A DNA stretch of 64,000 nucleotides from Phycisphaerae bacterium (lineage in GTDB: Bacteria; Planctomycetota; Phycisphaerae; UBA1845; Fen-1342). The stretch lies in NCBI GenBank assembly GCA_050115495.1, contig JASFQK010000032.1:1-64000 (forward strand). The letters run 5' to 3'. A model generated the notes under the pieces. That model was not told where the DNA came from. It did not search any database and saw only the letters and a program-made list of their open reading frames with translations. Of the stretch, positions 17,838-27,388 are shown one piece after another. Position numbers and translations under genes: made by a program. The stretch's first letter is position 1. Every line of letters starts with the position of its first letter.

Positions 17838-20800
17838 ATGCCGGAATCCGGCTCATTGTTTCTGGACTGCCTGGAGCGACGGGTGCTCGTCTTCGACGGG
17901 GCCATGGGGACCAGTCTGCACGGCTTCGACCTGCCGCTGAGTGATTATCGCGACCTGGAGAACTGCTCGGAGATCCTGAACGAGACCCGTCCGGACGTGG
18001 TCGAGCAGGTGCACCGCGGCTTCCTGGAGGTGGGTTGCGACGCGGTGGAGACGAATACGTTCGGGGCGAACCGGGTGGTGCTGGCCGAGTACGGCCTGGC
18101 CGGGCGCGCTTACGAACTGAACGTGACGGCAGCCCGGATCGCCCGGCGGGCGGTCCAGGCGTTCAGCACGCCGGCTCGGCCGCGGTTCGTGGCGGGGAGC
18201 GTCGGACCGGGGACGCGGCTGGTGTCGCTGCGGCAGATCAGCTACGACGACCTGCTGGCCAGCTACACGGAGCAGATTCGGGGGCTGCTCGACGGCGGCG
18301 TGGACGTCGTCCTGATCGAGACGTGCCAGGACATCCTCCAGGCCAAGACGGCCGTGCAGGCGGCCCGGCAGGCGTTCGAGGCGACCGGCCGCGTCGTGCC
18401 GCTGATGTGCCAGGTGACGATGGAGAGCACCGGCACGATGCTTGTGGGGACCGACCTGGCCGCCGCCGTCACGGCGCTCGAAGCGTATCCCGAGGTCGCG
18501 GTCATCGGGCTGAACTGCGCCACCGGGCCGCAGGAGATGAGCGAGCACATTCGGTACCTGTCGGCGCATTGCTCGCGACGGCTGAGCGTGCTGCCGAACG
18601 CCGGCCTGCCGCAGCTTGTGGACGGCTGCCCGGTGTTTCCGCTGACGCCGAACGAGATGGCCCGCTGGCTGCGCGAGTTCGTCGAGACGGACGGCGTGAA
18701 CATCGTCGGCGGCTGTTGTGGCACGACGGCTGAGCACCTGGCCGCGATCGTCACCGCCATTGACGGACGTGCTCCGGCGGCTCGGCAGCCCGTACACGAG
18801 CCGGCCGCCAGCAGCCTCTACCAAAGCGTGACGCTGCGCCAGGATCGCAGCTTCCTGATCGTCGGCGAACGGTGCAACTCAAACGGGTCGCGGAAGTTCC
18901 GGCGGCTGCTGCTCGAAGGGGACATCGAGAGCATGGTCGCGACGGCCACCGAGCAGGTCGGCGAGGGGGCGCACGTCCTGGACGTGTGTGTCGACTGCGT
19001 CGGCCGCGACGGCGTTCCGGACATGCATCTGGTGATCGACCGTTTCGCCCGCGACGCCCTCGTGCCGCTCATGCTGGACAGCACGCAGCTCGACGTCATC
19101 GAGGCCGGACTCAAGCTGGCCGGCGGCAAGTGCATCGTCAACTCGATCAACCTCGAAGAGGGTGAGGAGCGCGTGGCCCGCATGGCTCGCCTCCTGCGCC
19201 AGTACGGGGCGGCGGTCGTCGCCCTGACCATCGACGAGGACCCGCAGGAAGCCATGGCCAAGACGGCCGATCGCAAGATCGCCATCGCTAAGCGGCTGCA
19301 CCGGCTGCTCACCGAAACGCACGGCCTGGCCGAAGAGAACATCTTCTTCGACTGCCTGACGTTCCCGATCACGACCGGCAACACAGAAGATCGGCGGCTG
19401 GCGTTGGAGACGCTCGACGGTGTCGAGGCCGTCACGCGGGAGCTGCCGAACTGCCAGACCATCCTCGGCGTGAGCAACGTCAGCTTCGGCCTTCAGCCGG
19501 CGGCGCGCGTCGTGCTCAACTCGGTGTTTCTGGCCGAGGCCCGCAATCGCGGCCTGACGGCGGCGATCGTCCACGCCAGCAAAATCCTGCCGCAGAACCA
19601 GATCAGCCCCGAGCGCTGGCAGGCGGCGCTCGATCTGATCTACGACCGCCGGGAACAGGGCGACCCGCTCGAACGATTCATGGGCCTGTTCGCCGAGGGC
19701 GAGCAGCTTGGCCAGCAGCGGCGGATCACCGATTTGCCGATCGAAGACCGGCTGCGGCAGCGGATCATCGACGGGCAGCGGGCAGGGCTCGAAGCAGATC
19801 TCGACGCCGCCCTCGAAACGTACGGCCCGATCGACATCATCAACGAGTTCCTGCTGGACGGCATGAAGACCGTCGGCGAATTGTTCGGCTCCGGGCGGAT
19901 GCAACTGCCCTTCGTCCTGCGCAGCGCCGAGACGATGAAGGCGGCGGTGTCGCACCTCGAACCGCACATGGATCAGGACAAGGCGGTCGAGCGCGGCGCG
20001 ATCGTTCTGGCCACCGTGCGCGGCGACGTGCACGACATCGGCAAAAACCTCGTCGACATCATCCTCAGCAACAACGGCTACACCGTGCACAACCTGGGCA
20101 TCAAGCAGCCCATCGCCCACATCATCGAGGCCATCGACCACTACCAGCCGGACGCTGTCGGGCTGAGCGGTCTGCTGGTCAAGTCGACGCTGGTGATGCG
20201 CGACGACCTGCGCGTGCTCAACGAGCGCGGCATCACGATACCGGTGCTGCTGGGCGGGGCGGCGCTGACGCGGCGCTTCGTCGAGGGCGAGTTGCGGTCG
20301 ATCTACGGCGGGCCGCTGCATTACGCCAAGGACGCGTTCGAGGGGCTCCAGCTCATGGGCAACATCACCGGTGCCGCCACCGCCGCGATTGCTGAACAGG
20401 AAGTCGAGCCGGTCGCCGATTTCGCCGTGGCGATCACGACGGCGCAGGCGGCGACGGCGGCCACGACGCGCGACCTGGCCCGCGAGAGCAGCCAGCGCCG
20501 CGGTCTGACGGCGGTCGAGGAAATGGCTCCGCCACCCGCCGGTCGCGGTAGTCGTTCGGCGGCGCCCCCCCACCGTGGCGAGCCGGAGGGGCGCGAGACG
20601 GTCACGTACACGCATCCGGTGCCGCAGCCGCCGTTCTGGGGCGACCGCGTCGTCGAGCACATCCCGCTCAAGGGCGCCCTGGCGTACCTCAATGAGGTCA
20701 TGCTCTTCCAGGTGCAGTGGCAGTTCCGCAAGCACGGCCGGCCCGCGGACGAGTTCAAGCGGTACATCGAGCAGCACGTCCGCCCGATCTATCGCGAGCT

Positions 20801-21440
20801 CGTCGAACGCTGCACGCGCGAGCAGATCCTGACGCCGCAGGCCGTGTACGGCTACTGGCCGGCAAATTCCGACGGCGACGATCTGGTTATCTTCAACCCG
20901 CCGACGGGGCCGAACGATCCGCCCAGCGCCCACGGTGACGAGCTGTTGCGCTTCACGTTCCCGCGGCAGCGGCAGCATCCGGGCTGGTGCCTGGCGGATT
21001 TCTGGCGGCCGCTGCGCGAAGGCGTGACGGACGTCGCTGCCTTCAGCATCGTGACCGCCGGGCGACGCGTCTCCGAGGTGGCCACCCTGTGGTTCCACGA
21101 GACGCGCTTCCAGGACTACCTGTTCTTGCACGGCCTCGGCGTCGAGGTGGCCGAAGCCCTCGCCGAGTACATCCACAAGCAGGTGCGCATCGAGCTGGAC
21201 GTCGCCCAACACGACGCCCGCGAAATCCGCCGGATCTTCCAGCAGGGTTACCAGGGCAGCCGCTACAGCTTCGGCTATCCGGCGTGTCCGAACCTCGAGG
21301 ATCAGGCGCTGCTGATGCCGCTGCTGCGGCCGGGTCGCATCGGCGTGCACCTGAGCGAGGAGTACCAGCTCGACCCGGAGCAGACGACGAACGCGGTCAT
21401 TACGTATCATCCGCAGGCGCGGTATTTCAACGTGCGGTAG
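17838..21440 (+). CDS. metH: Cobalamin-dependent methionine synthase
   Basis: DGAMGT, GLNC and GGCCGT (Zn/homocysteine domain); ERCNSNGS (pterin domain); GDVHDIGKN and SGLL (B12-binding); RYSFGYPACP (reactivation domain). Confidence 0.97.
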   Translation: MPESGSLFLDCLERRVLVFDGAMGTSLHGFDLPLSDYRDLENCSEILNETRPDVVEQVHRGFLEVGCDAVETNTFGANRVVLAEYGLAGRAYELNVTAARIARRAVQAFSTPARPRFVAGSVGPGTRLVSLRQISYDDLLASYTEQIRGLLDGGVDVVLIETCQDILQAKTAVQAARQAFEATGRVVPLMCQVTMESTGTMLVGTDLAAAVTALEAYPEVAVIGLNCATGPQEMSEHIRYLSAHCSRRLSVLPNAGLPQLVDGCPVFPLTPNEMARWLREFVETDGVNIVGGCCGTTAEHLAAIVTAIDGRAPAARQPVHEPAASSLYQSVTLRQDRSFLIVGERCNSNGSRKFRRLLLEGDIESMVATATEQVGEGAHVLDVCVDCVGRDGVPDMHLVIDRFARDALVPLMLDSTQLDVIEAGLKLAGGKCIVNSINLEEGEERVARMARLLRQYGAAVVALTIDEDPQEAMAKTADRKIAIAKRLHRLLTETHGLAEENIFFDCLTFPITTGNTEDRRLALETLDGVEAVTRELPNCQTILGVSNVSFGLQPAARVVLNSVFLAEARNRGLTAAIVHASKILPQNQISPERWQAALDLIYDRREQGDPLERFMGLFAEGEQLGQQRRITDLPIEDRLRQRIIDGQRAGLEADLDAALETYGPIDIINEFLLDGMKTVGELFGSGRMQLPFVLRSAETMKAAVSHLEPHMDQDKAVERGAIVLATVRGDVHDIGKNLVDIILSNNGYTVHNLGIKQPIAHIIEAIDHYQPDAVGLSGLLVKSTLVMRDDLRVLNERGITIPVLLGGAALTRRFVEGELRSIYGGPLHYAKDAFEGLQLMGNITGAATAAIAEQEVEPVADFAVAITTAQAATAATTRDLARESSQRRGLTAVEEMAPPPAGRGSRSAAPPHRGEPEGRETVTYTHPVPQPPFWGDRVVEHIPLKGALAYLNEVMLFQVQWQFRKHGRPADEFKRYIEQHVRPIYRELVERCTREQILTPQAVYGYWPANSDGDDLVIFNPPTGPNDPPSAHGDELLRFTFPRQRQHPGWCLADFWRPLREGVTDVAAFSIVTAGRRVSEVATLWFHETRFQDYLFLHGLGVEVAEALAEYIHKQVRIELDVAQHDAREIRRIFQQGYQGSRYSFGYPACPNLEDQALLMPLLRPGRIGVHLSEEYQLDPEQTTNAVITYHPQARYFNVR

Positions 21441-21455
21441 ACGGCGGGCGCCTTT

Positions 21456-21945
21456 GTAGCGTCGGCCCCCCGTGGCCGACGTCGAATGCGGACACGGGCA
21501 CGATGCGCGTCGTGGCGGCCGACCTCCGCGTCGGCCGTCGAACGGTAACACGCGCACGACGCGGGAGTGTCCTGGAGGACGATTGAATCAGTCGTCCCTC
21601 CGGGACTAGCGCGCGGGAGCGGTCGCGAATCCCAGCACTTCGTGCTGGGCTACAATCAGCCGTGCCTACGGCACTTGGATGTGCGCAAGCCGACATTGTT
21701 CCCCAGTGACGGGAGTCGGTTGGTAAAGGGCGCATGCACCGGTGGGCAAGCCACCAGTGGCACTCGGCAGGCCGTGAGCCCTGAACCGGAGTGTGGCATG
21801 CTGAAGCCATAGGCGCCGGCATGTCTCGCGCTCGTGGCAGGGAGGATTTGCCCGCGCTGCCCGGGGCAGGCCGCACACCGAACTGAACGTCGTCCGTCGA
21901 CGAATGCGCGCACGGGTGGGCAAGCCGCCAGTGGCACCCGGCATG
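21456..21945. repeat. Composite REP-like array downstream of metH
   Basis: GTAGCGTCGGCCCCCCGTGGCCGACG (21456-21481); gtggcggccgacctccgcgtcggccg; the gtccctccgggact...cccagcacttcgtgctgggctac...gtgcctacggcact unit; two ggtgggcaagcc(a/g)ccagtggcac units (about 21741 and 21915); gtgtggcatgctgaagccataggcgccggcatg (about 21791). Confidence 0.85.
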
Positions 21946-22080
21946 ACACTTCGAACGGTGGCGGACGGCTGACAGATTGGTGTCGTTGCGGTTACCATGC
22001 GAATTGGTTGGGTCGGTCTGTGAAGGGCAGGCCGGCAGTTGGTTTCTGGCACACTACCGACCGGATGGGGCCCGGTGTCC

Positions 22081-22620
22081 ATGAGCCGTCAGTTGTTCTC
22101 TCGCCGGCCGAAGCTATCCGCGCGGCAGTTGCATCGCCTCGGGGGCATTCTGATCGCCCTGCCCGCACTCATCGTGCTCGGTACGGGCTTGCTGCTGCAA
22201 CTCAAGAAGAGCTGGACGTGGGTGCAGCCGGCGACGGTGCGCGGCACCGACAGCACACCCCGCCTGGACTTCGCGGCGATCCTGGCCGTCGCCCGCACCG
22301 TCCCCGAGGCGGAAATCGCCGACTGGCCGGATATCGACCGCCTCGACGTGCGGCCCGACCGCGGCATCGTCAAGGTCCGGGCCCGCAACCACTGGGAGAT
22401 CCAGATCGACACGGCGACGGGCGATGTTCTGCAAGTCGCCTATCGCCGGAGCGATGTGATCGAGGCGCTGCACGACGGATCCTGGTTTCACGATGCGGCG
22501 CGGCTGTGGATCTTCCTGCCCAGTGGCGTCGTGCTGCTCGGTCTGTGGTTGACCGGCGTCTATCTGTGGTTTCTGCCGGTCATCAGGCGCCGGCGCGCAG
22601 CGCGAGCCGAGAACCCGTAG
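22081..22620 (+). CDS. PepSY-associated TM-helix domain protein
   Basis: RQLHRLGG...TGLLLQLKK first TM, a central PepSY-like segment (IDRLDVRPDRGIVKV, IDTATGDVLQ), then EALHDGSWF and LWLTGVYLW. Confidence 0.85.
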   Translation: MSRQLFSRRPKLSARQLHRLGGILIALPALIVLGTGLLLQLKKSWTWVQPATVRGTDSTPRLDFAAILAVARTVPEAEIADWPDIDRLDVRPDRGIVKVRARNHWEIQIDTATGDVLQVAYRRSDVIEALHDGSWFHDAARLWIFLPSGVVLLGLWLTGVYLWFLPVIRRRRAARAENP

Positions 22621-22836
22621 CGCCGGCCCCCCGTGGCCGACGTCGAGTATCAACAAGCGCGCGACGCGCATCGTAGCGGCCGACCTCCGCGTCGACCGTC
22701 GCATGTCAACACGCACCCGACGCGGAAGTATCCTGGAGAGCGGTCGATTCAGTCGTCCCTCCGGGACTGCGGCGCGGGGACGGTCGCGAATCCCAGCACT
22801 GCGTGCTGGGCTACAATCAGCCGTGCCTACGGCACT
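22617..22836. repeat. 220-bp composite REP-like block, direct repeat of 21456-21675
   Basis: Same order of units and same length as 21456-21675. Its leading GTAG contains the TAG stop of the PepSY gene. Confidence 0.88.
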
Positions 22837-23015
22837 AGGACACGCGAGCCCGCAGTGGCACGACGGGGCGTCGCCTCCGCTTGTTCGTACACAACTTCCG
22901 ACGTGGCTCCGGTGCGTCCTATGTCGCCGGCTGGTGCGTTTTGGCGAATTTCGTGCTACGTTTGGCGGCTGCGGTGCCGGCGAGGGCCGGTGCGAGGCTG
23001 CCAAGGAGATCCTCC

Positions 23016-25199
23016 GTGTTCAGAACGACCCACATCCGCATCATCCCCCTGCCCGTTCATATTCTGCTTATCGCCTTCGCCGGCGTGGTGCTGTGCGGCT
23101 GCGCGACGCACCGGGGCTTCGACCCGGCGGACTATCCGAAGACGCCGACCGGCGACACGGTCGACGTGCTGTACGGTGTCAGCGTCGCCGACCCGTACCG
23201 CTGGCTGGAAGACGAAGACAGCGACGCCACCAAGGCCTGGGTCGACGCGCAGAATGTGCTCACCGAGCGCACACTGGCGCCATTTGCCGCCGAACAACAG
23301 AAGATTGCCGCCGAGTTGGAGGCTGTTTATGGCGTGGACACGGTGTCGAACCTGTTCCCGCACGGCCGCCGGTACTTCCTGATGAAACGGGCGGGCCTCG
23401 AAAACCACGCGAGGATCTACGTACGCGAAGGCGACTACCGCGGTGAGGACCGGGTGGTGCTCGATCCAAACACGTTCAGCGAGGACGGCACGGTCGCTCT
23501 GGACTGGTGGTTCGCGTCGCCCGACGGCTCGCTGATCGCCTACGGCAAGAGCGCTCACGGCTCCGAGAAGAGCACGCTGTACATCCGTGACGTCGAGCGC
23601 GGCGTGGACCTGCCCGACGCGATCCCGCACACGCAGTATTGCTCCGTGGCCTGGAATGCCGACAGCACGGGGTTCTACTACAACCGCTGTCCCGATCCGG
23701 CGATGGTGCCGGCGGGCGAGGAGAACTTCCACATGCGGGTGTACTTCCACCGCGCGGGGACCGACGTCGCCGAGGATCGCTACGTCTGGGGCGAAGGCCG
23801 CCCGATCGACGAGGAGCCCCGGCCGTACGCGTCCAGCGACGGTCAATACGTGCTGCTCAACTTCTTCCGCGACCCGTCGGAGAACGACCTGTTCTTCGGC
23901 CGGATGGACAGCACGGAGCCGCTTCAGCCGGTGGCCGCCGGCCTGGGGACGATTACGACCGGCAACGTGCTCGACGGAACGCTGTTCGTACGCACGAATC
24001 ACGAGGCGCCGCGTTTCCGCATCTGCGTGGCCGACGTGGCGCAACCGACGCCGGAGCACTGGCGCGAGCTGATCCCGCAGCAGAAGGGCGTGATCGACGA
24101 TTTCGGCATCGTCGGCCGGCGGCTGGTGCTGCACGTGACCGAAGATGTGCATTCGCGGCTGCTGGTATACACGCTGGAGGGGCAGCTTGTGGAGGAGGTG
24201 CCGCTGCCGGGTGTGGGTACGGTGACGAGCTACCTGCCGGGGATCGGCACGGTGTCGGCGTTCGCAGGCGGGCTGGAGCGGCCGGAGCTGTTCTACTCGT
24301 ACTCGTCGTGGGTCGTGCCGACGCAGGTGTGCTGCTATGATCTGGATCGGCAGGAAACGGCAACGCTGCATCAGCAGGCGTGCCCGGTGGACCTGAGCCG
24401 GTACGAGACGAAGCAGGTCTGGTGCACGTCGCGGGACGGGACGCGCGTACCGATGTTCGTCGTGGCCCGCAAGGACGTGGCCCTCAACGGCGACAACCCG
24501 ACGCTGCTGTACGGCTACGGCGGCTTCAACAACAGCTTCTTCCCGACCTACCGCCCGCGGATCATCCCGTTCCTCGAGCGCGGCGGTGTGTGGGTGCTGG
24601 CCAACATCCGCGGCGGCGGCGAGTTCGGCCAGGCGTGGCACGATGGCGGCCGGCGCGAGCACAAGCAGAACTGCTTCGACGATTTCTACGCGGCGGGCGA
24701 GAAGCTCATCGAGCTCGGCTACACGAACCCGCACCGGCTGGCCTGCAAGGGCGGCAGTAACGGCGGTCTGCTCATCGGGGCGGCCGTGACGCAGCGGCCG
24801 GACCTGTTCCAGGCGGCGCTGTCGCAGGTGCCGCTGATGGACATGCTCCGCTTCAACCTGTGGGGCATGGGGGCGCAGTGGGTGCACGAGTACGGCGACC
24901 CGAATGATGCCAAGGAGTTCGCCTGGCTGCGGGCCTACTCGCCCTACCACAACGTGCACGACGGCACCGACTATCCGGCGACGCTGATCGTCACCGCCGA
25001 GGCGGACAACCGCGTCGACACGGCGCACGCGTTCAAGATGACGGCGCGGTTGCAGGCGGCGACGTCGGGCAACCGGCCGATCCTGCTGCGCTGCGAGCGC
25101 AAGGCCGGCCACGGTGCCGGCAAGCCGCTGTCGATGCGCGTGCGCGACCAGAGCGAGGACTGGGCGTTCCTCATGTGGCAGCTTGGGATGCTGGACTAG
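23016..25199 (+). CDS. Prolyl oligopeptidase (S9A) lipoprotein
   Basis: AAGGAG RBS then GTG at 23016; lipobox VLCGC; DPYRWLED, YGYGGFN, NIRGGGEFG, GGSNGG (Ser), DNRV (Asp), AGHGAG (His). Confidence 0.93.
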   Translation: MFRTTHIRIIPLPVHILLIAFAGVVLCGCATHRGFDPADYPKTPTGDTVDVLYGVSVADPYRWLEDEDSDATKAWVDAQNVLTERTLAPFAAEQQKIAAELEAVYGVDTVSNLFPHGRRYFLMKRAGLENHARIYVREGDYRGEDRVVLDPNTFSEDGTVALDWWFASPDGSLIAYGKSAHGSEKSTLYIRDVERGVDLPDAIPHTQYCSVAWNADSTGFYYNRCPDPAMVPAGEENFHMRVYFHRAGTDVAEDRYVWGEGRPIDEEPRPYASSDGQYVLLNFFRDPSENDLFFGRMDSTEPLQPVAAGLGTITTGNVLDGTLFVRTNHEAPRFRICVADVAQPTPEHWRELIPQQKGVIDDFGIVGRRLVLHVTEDVHSRLLVYTLEGQLVEEVPLPGVGTVTSYLPGIGTVSAFAGGLERPELFYSYSSWVVPTQVCCYDLDRQETATLHQQACPVDLSRYETKQVWCTSRDGTRVPMFVVARKDVALNGDNPTLLYGYGGFNNSFFPTYRPRIIPFLERGGVWVLANIRGGGEFGQAWHDGGRREHKQNCFDDFYAAGEKLIELGYTNPHRLACKGGSNGGLLIGAAVTQRPDLFQAALSQVPLMDMLRFNLWGMGAQWVHEYGDPNDAKEFAWLRAYSPYHNVHDGTDYPATLIVTAEADNRVDTAHAFKMTARLQAATSGNRPILLRCERKAGHGAGKPLSMRVRDQSEDWAFLMWQLGMLD

Positions 25200-25216
25200 C
25201 GCCGGCGGGCCGGCAG

Positions 25217-27364
25217 TCAGTTCGCCTTGTGCTCCGTCGTGGGTGCGGCGGTCAGCAGCTTGATGCGGATGTGGCGGTACCACACCGGATTGCCGTGGTC
25301 CTGGAAGCCGATGTACCCGGAGCGGGGCATGTTCTTGTAGGCTGTCTTGAACTTGTTGGGCGTGCCGTCGGGGTTCTTCTCCGGCTCGGTCCACTGGTTC
25401 AGGTCGACGTCGACGAGGAGTTCACCGTTCATCACGTTCGTGATGTGGCCGCCGCGGCAGGTCAGCACAACGTGGTTCCACTCGCCCGGTTTGAAGACGG
25501 CGTTGACGCGCGGGGCCATGATGTTGTAGAGGGCGCCGCAATCGTGCTTGTCCACCGTCGGCCGGCCGTAAGAATCCAGCACCTGGATCTCCTGCCCGGT
25601 CTGCACGGGGTCATTGACGTTGGCCGTGCGGAAGAAGATGCCGCTGTTGGCGTCCTTCGGGATGCGGAATTCGAGCTCGAGGATGAAATCGCCGAACTGC
25701 TCGTCGGTCCAGATGTAACTGCCGCCCTTGCACATCAGCGCGCCGTCGTCGACGACCCAGGTCTCCGGCTTGCAGTGCCAGCCGGTGAGGTCGCGGCCGT
25801 TGAAGAGCTCACGCCATGCTGAGGCAGGCGTCGCCGCGGCCGGCGGTAGCTCGCGGATGGCGATGTTGCGGAAGCAGAGCTTGCTGCCATGTGACTGGAG
25901 CTGGATGTCACCGGTGGGATAGAGCGGCTTGTCGCGCTCCCAGTAATTTTCCAGCGGGACATCGTCGACGACGAACTGGTCGTTGAGCGTGACGCTGACG
26001 CGGTCGCCGACGAGGCGGATGAGGAACGTGTTCCACTCGCCGACGGGGCGGTCGGCCCGTACGAGCGGCTTGCTGGGGTGATGCTCGTTGTTGTACAGAC
26101 CGCCGGAACCCTCGGGGTGTTCGGCCGGATCCCAGATCTGGACCTGCGGCGAGCCGCGGAGATAGATGCCGCTGTCGCCGCCGGCCTCGATCTTCCAGTC
26201 GATTTTCAGCTCGTAGTCGCTGTAGTCGGCGGCGGTGCAGAGGTGGCTGCCCTGGCCGTCGAAGACGATGACGCCGTCCTGGACCGACCAGTGCTGCCGC
26301 ATGTTCTCGTCGGCGATCATTTGAGCGACATTGCGTTCCGCAGGGCTCAGGGTGGCCAGCGCTTTCGGATCGCCGGCAAGACCACGCCAGCCGGTCAGAT
26401 CGCGGCCGTTGAAGAGCGGCTTCCAATCGCCGGTGCTGGCCGGAGCGGCCGCGCTGTGCTGCGCGGACGGGGCGGCGTCGGCGAGGAGATCGCCCATCGC
26501 GAACTGGATGCCGGCGAGGTAGTGCTGCAGGACTTGCGGCTGCCAGTAGATCTCGTCGCGGTGGCCGAGCGAGCAGTAGAAGATGCGGCCCTTGCCGTAG
26601 TTGCGGACCCACGAGACGGCGAAGTCGCCGTCGGTGCGGTTAATCCCCTGCTTGTCCATGTTCGTGCGGGTCGCGTCGAGGCTCAGAAGGACGCGCAGGT
26701 TCTCGCGCGAGTACGGCTCGCGGAACTGGTAGATCTCGTCGGCGATGACCAGCGGCTGGCCCTTGAACATGGCGACGACCGGATGCTTCGGCTCGTCCAC
26801 CTTGATCGTCACTTCCTCGTTCCACGGGTGGCCGTTGAAGTAGCCGCCCATCATCTCGCCGAACTCGGGCCACTTGTAGAAGCAGTCGGTGGCGGCGTGG
26901 ATGCCGACGAGACCGCCGCCGTTGCGGACGTAGTCGAGCAGGCTCTTCTTGAGTTGCTCGTCACGCTGACGGGCTGCGGCCTGCTCGTCGGCGGGGAGCT
27001 TGTCGAAGTCCGTCGGCAGGAAGAGCTCACCGGTCGTGTTATTCATGCAGACGGCGTCGAAGCCGGCCAGCCGTGCGGACGTGAACATCTCGATGTCGTC
27101 GCTGACGACCACATCGAACGCGCCGGTCCGGCGGCCGAGGATCTCCATGGTCTGGCTGCACAGCGGGATCGAGCTGTGCACGAAGCCGCGACAGAGGGTG
27201 AAGACGAGCAGGCGGCGTGGCTTCTGCGGGGTGGCCGGCGCTTTGTCCGGGGCGGCGGCGGTGATCTTCGCCGTAGCGTCCGCGGGCTGGGCGGCGGCGG
27301 TCGCCGATCCTACAACCATGAAACCAGCCACAAGCAGACAAACACTCACGAACTGGCGGAGCAT
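25217..27364 (-). CDS. Secreted ThuA-like domain fused to two DUF1080 (3-keto-glycoside processing) domains
   Basis: Signal peptide; GFVHSSI, GGLVGIHAATD, DEIYQF and FYCSLGH (ThuA-like); two LFNGRDLTGW...SGI(Y/F)xR...QxHG repeats. Confidence 0.88.
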   Translation of the reverse strand: MLRQFVSVCLLVAGFMVVGSATAAAQPADATAKITAAAPDKAPATPQKPRRLLVFTLCRGFVHSSIPLCSQTMEILGRRTGAFDVVVSDDIEMFTSARLAGFDAVCMNNTTGELFLPTDFDKLPADEQAAARQRDEQLKKSLLDYVRNGGGLVGIHAATDCFYKWPEFGEMMGGYFNGHPWNEEVTIKVDEPKHPVVAMFKGQPLVIADEIYQFREPYSRENLRVLLSLDATRTNMDKQGINRTDGDFAVSWVRNYGKGRIFYCSLGHRDEIYWQPQVLQHYLAGIQFAMGDLLADAAPSAQHSAAAPASTGDWKPLFNGRDLTGWRGLAGDPKALATLSPAERNVAQMIADENMRQHWSVQDGVIVFDGQGSHLCTAADYSDYELKIDWKIEAGGDSGIYLRGSPQVQIWDPAEHPEGSGGLYNNEHHPSKPLVRADRPVGEWNTFLIRLVGDRVSVTLNDQFVVDDVPLENYWERDKPLYPTGDIQLQSHGSKLCFRNIAIRELPPAAATPASAWRELFNGRDLTGWHCKPETWVVDDGALMCKGGSYIWTDEQFGDFILELEFRIPKDANSGIFFRTANVNDPVQTGQEIQVLDSYGRPTVDKHDCGALYNIMAPRVNAVFKPGEWNHVVLTCRGGHITNVMNGELLVDVDLNQWTEPEKNPDGTPNKFKTAYKNMPRSGYIGFQDHGNPVWYRHIRIKLLTAAPTTEHKAN

Positions 27365-27388
27365 GAGGTTCTCCTGTGCAGTGATACT

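Noticed and set aside
18879..25394. 892-aa and 812-aa - strand ORFs
   Set aside because: Antisense shadows of metH and the prolyl oligopeptidase.
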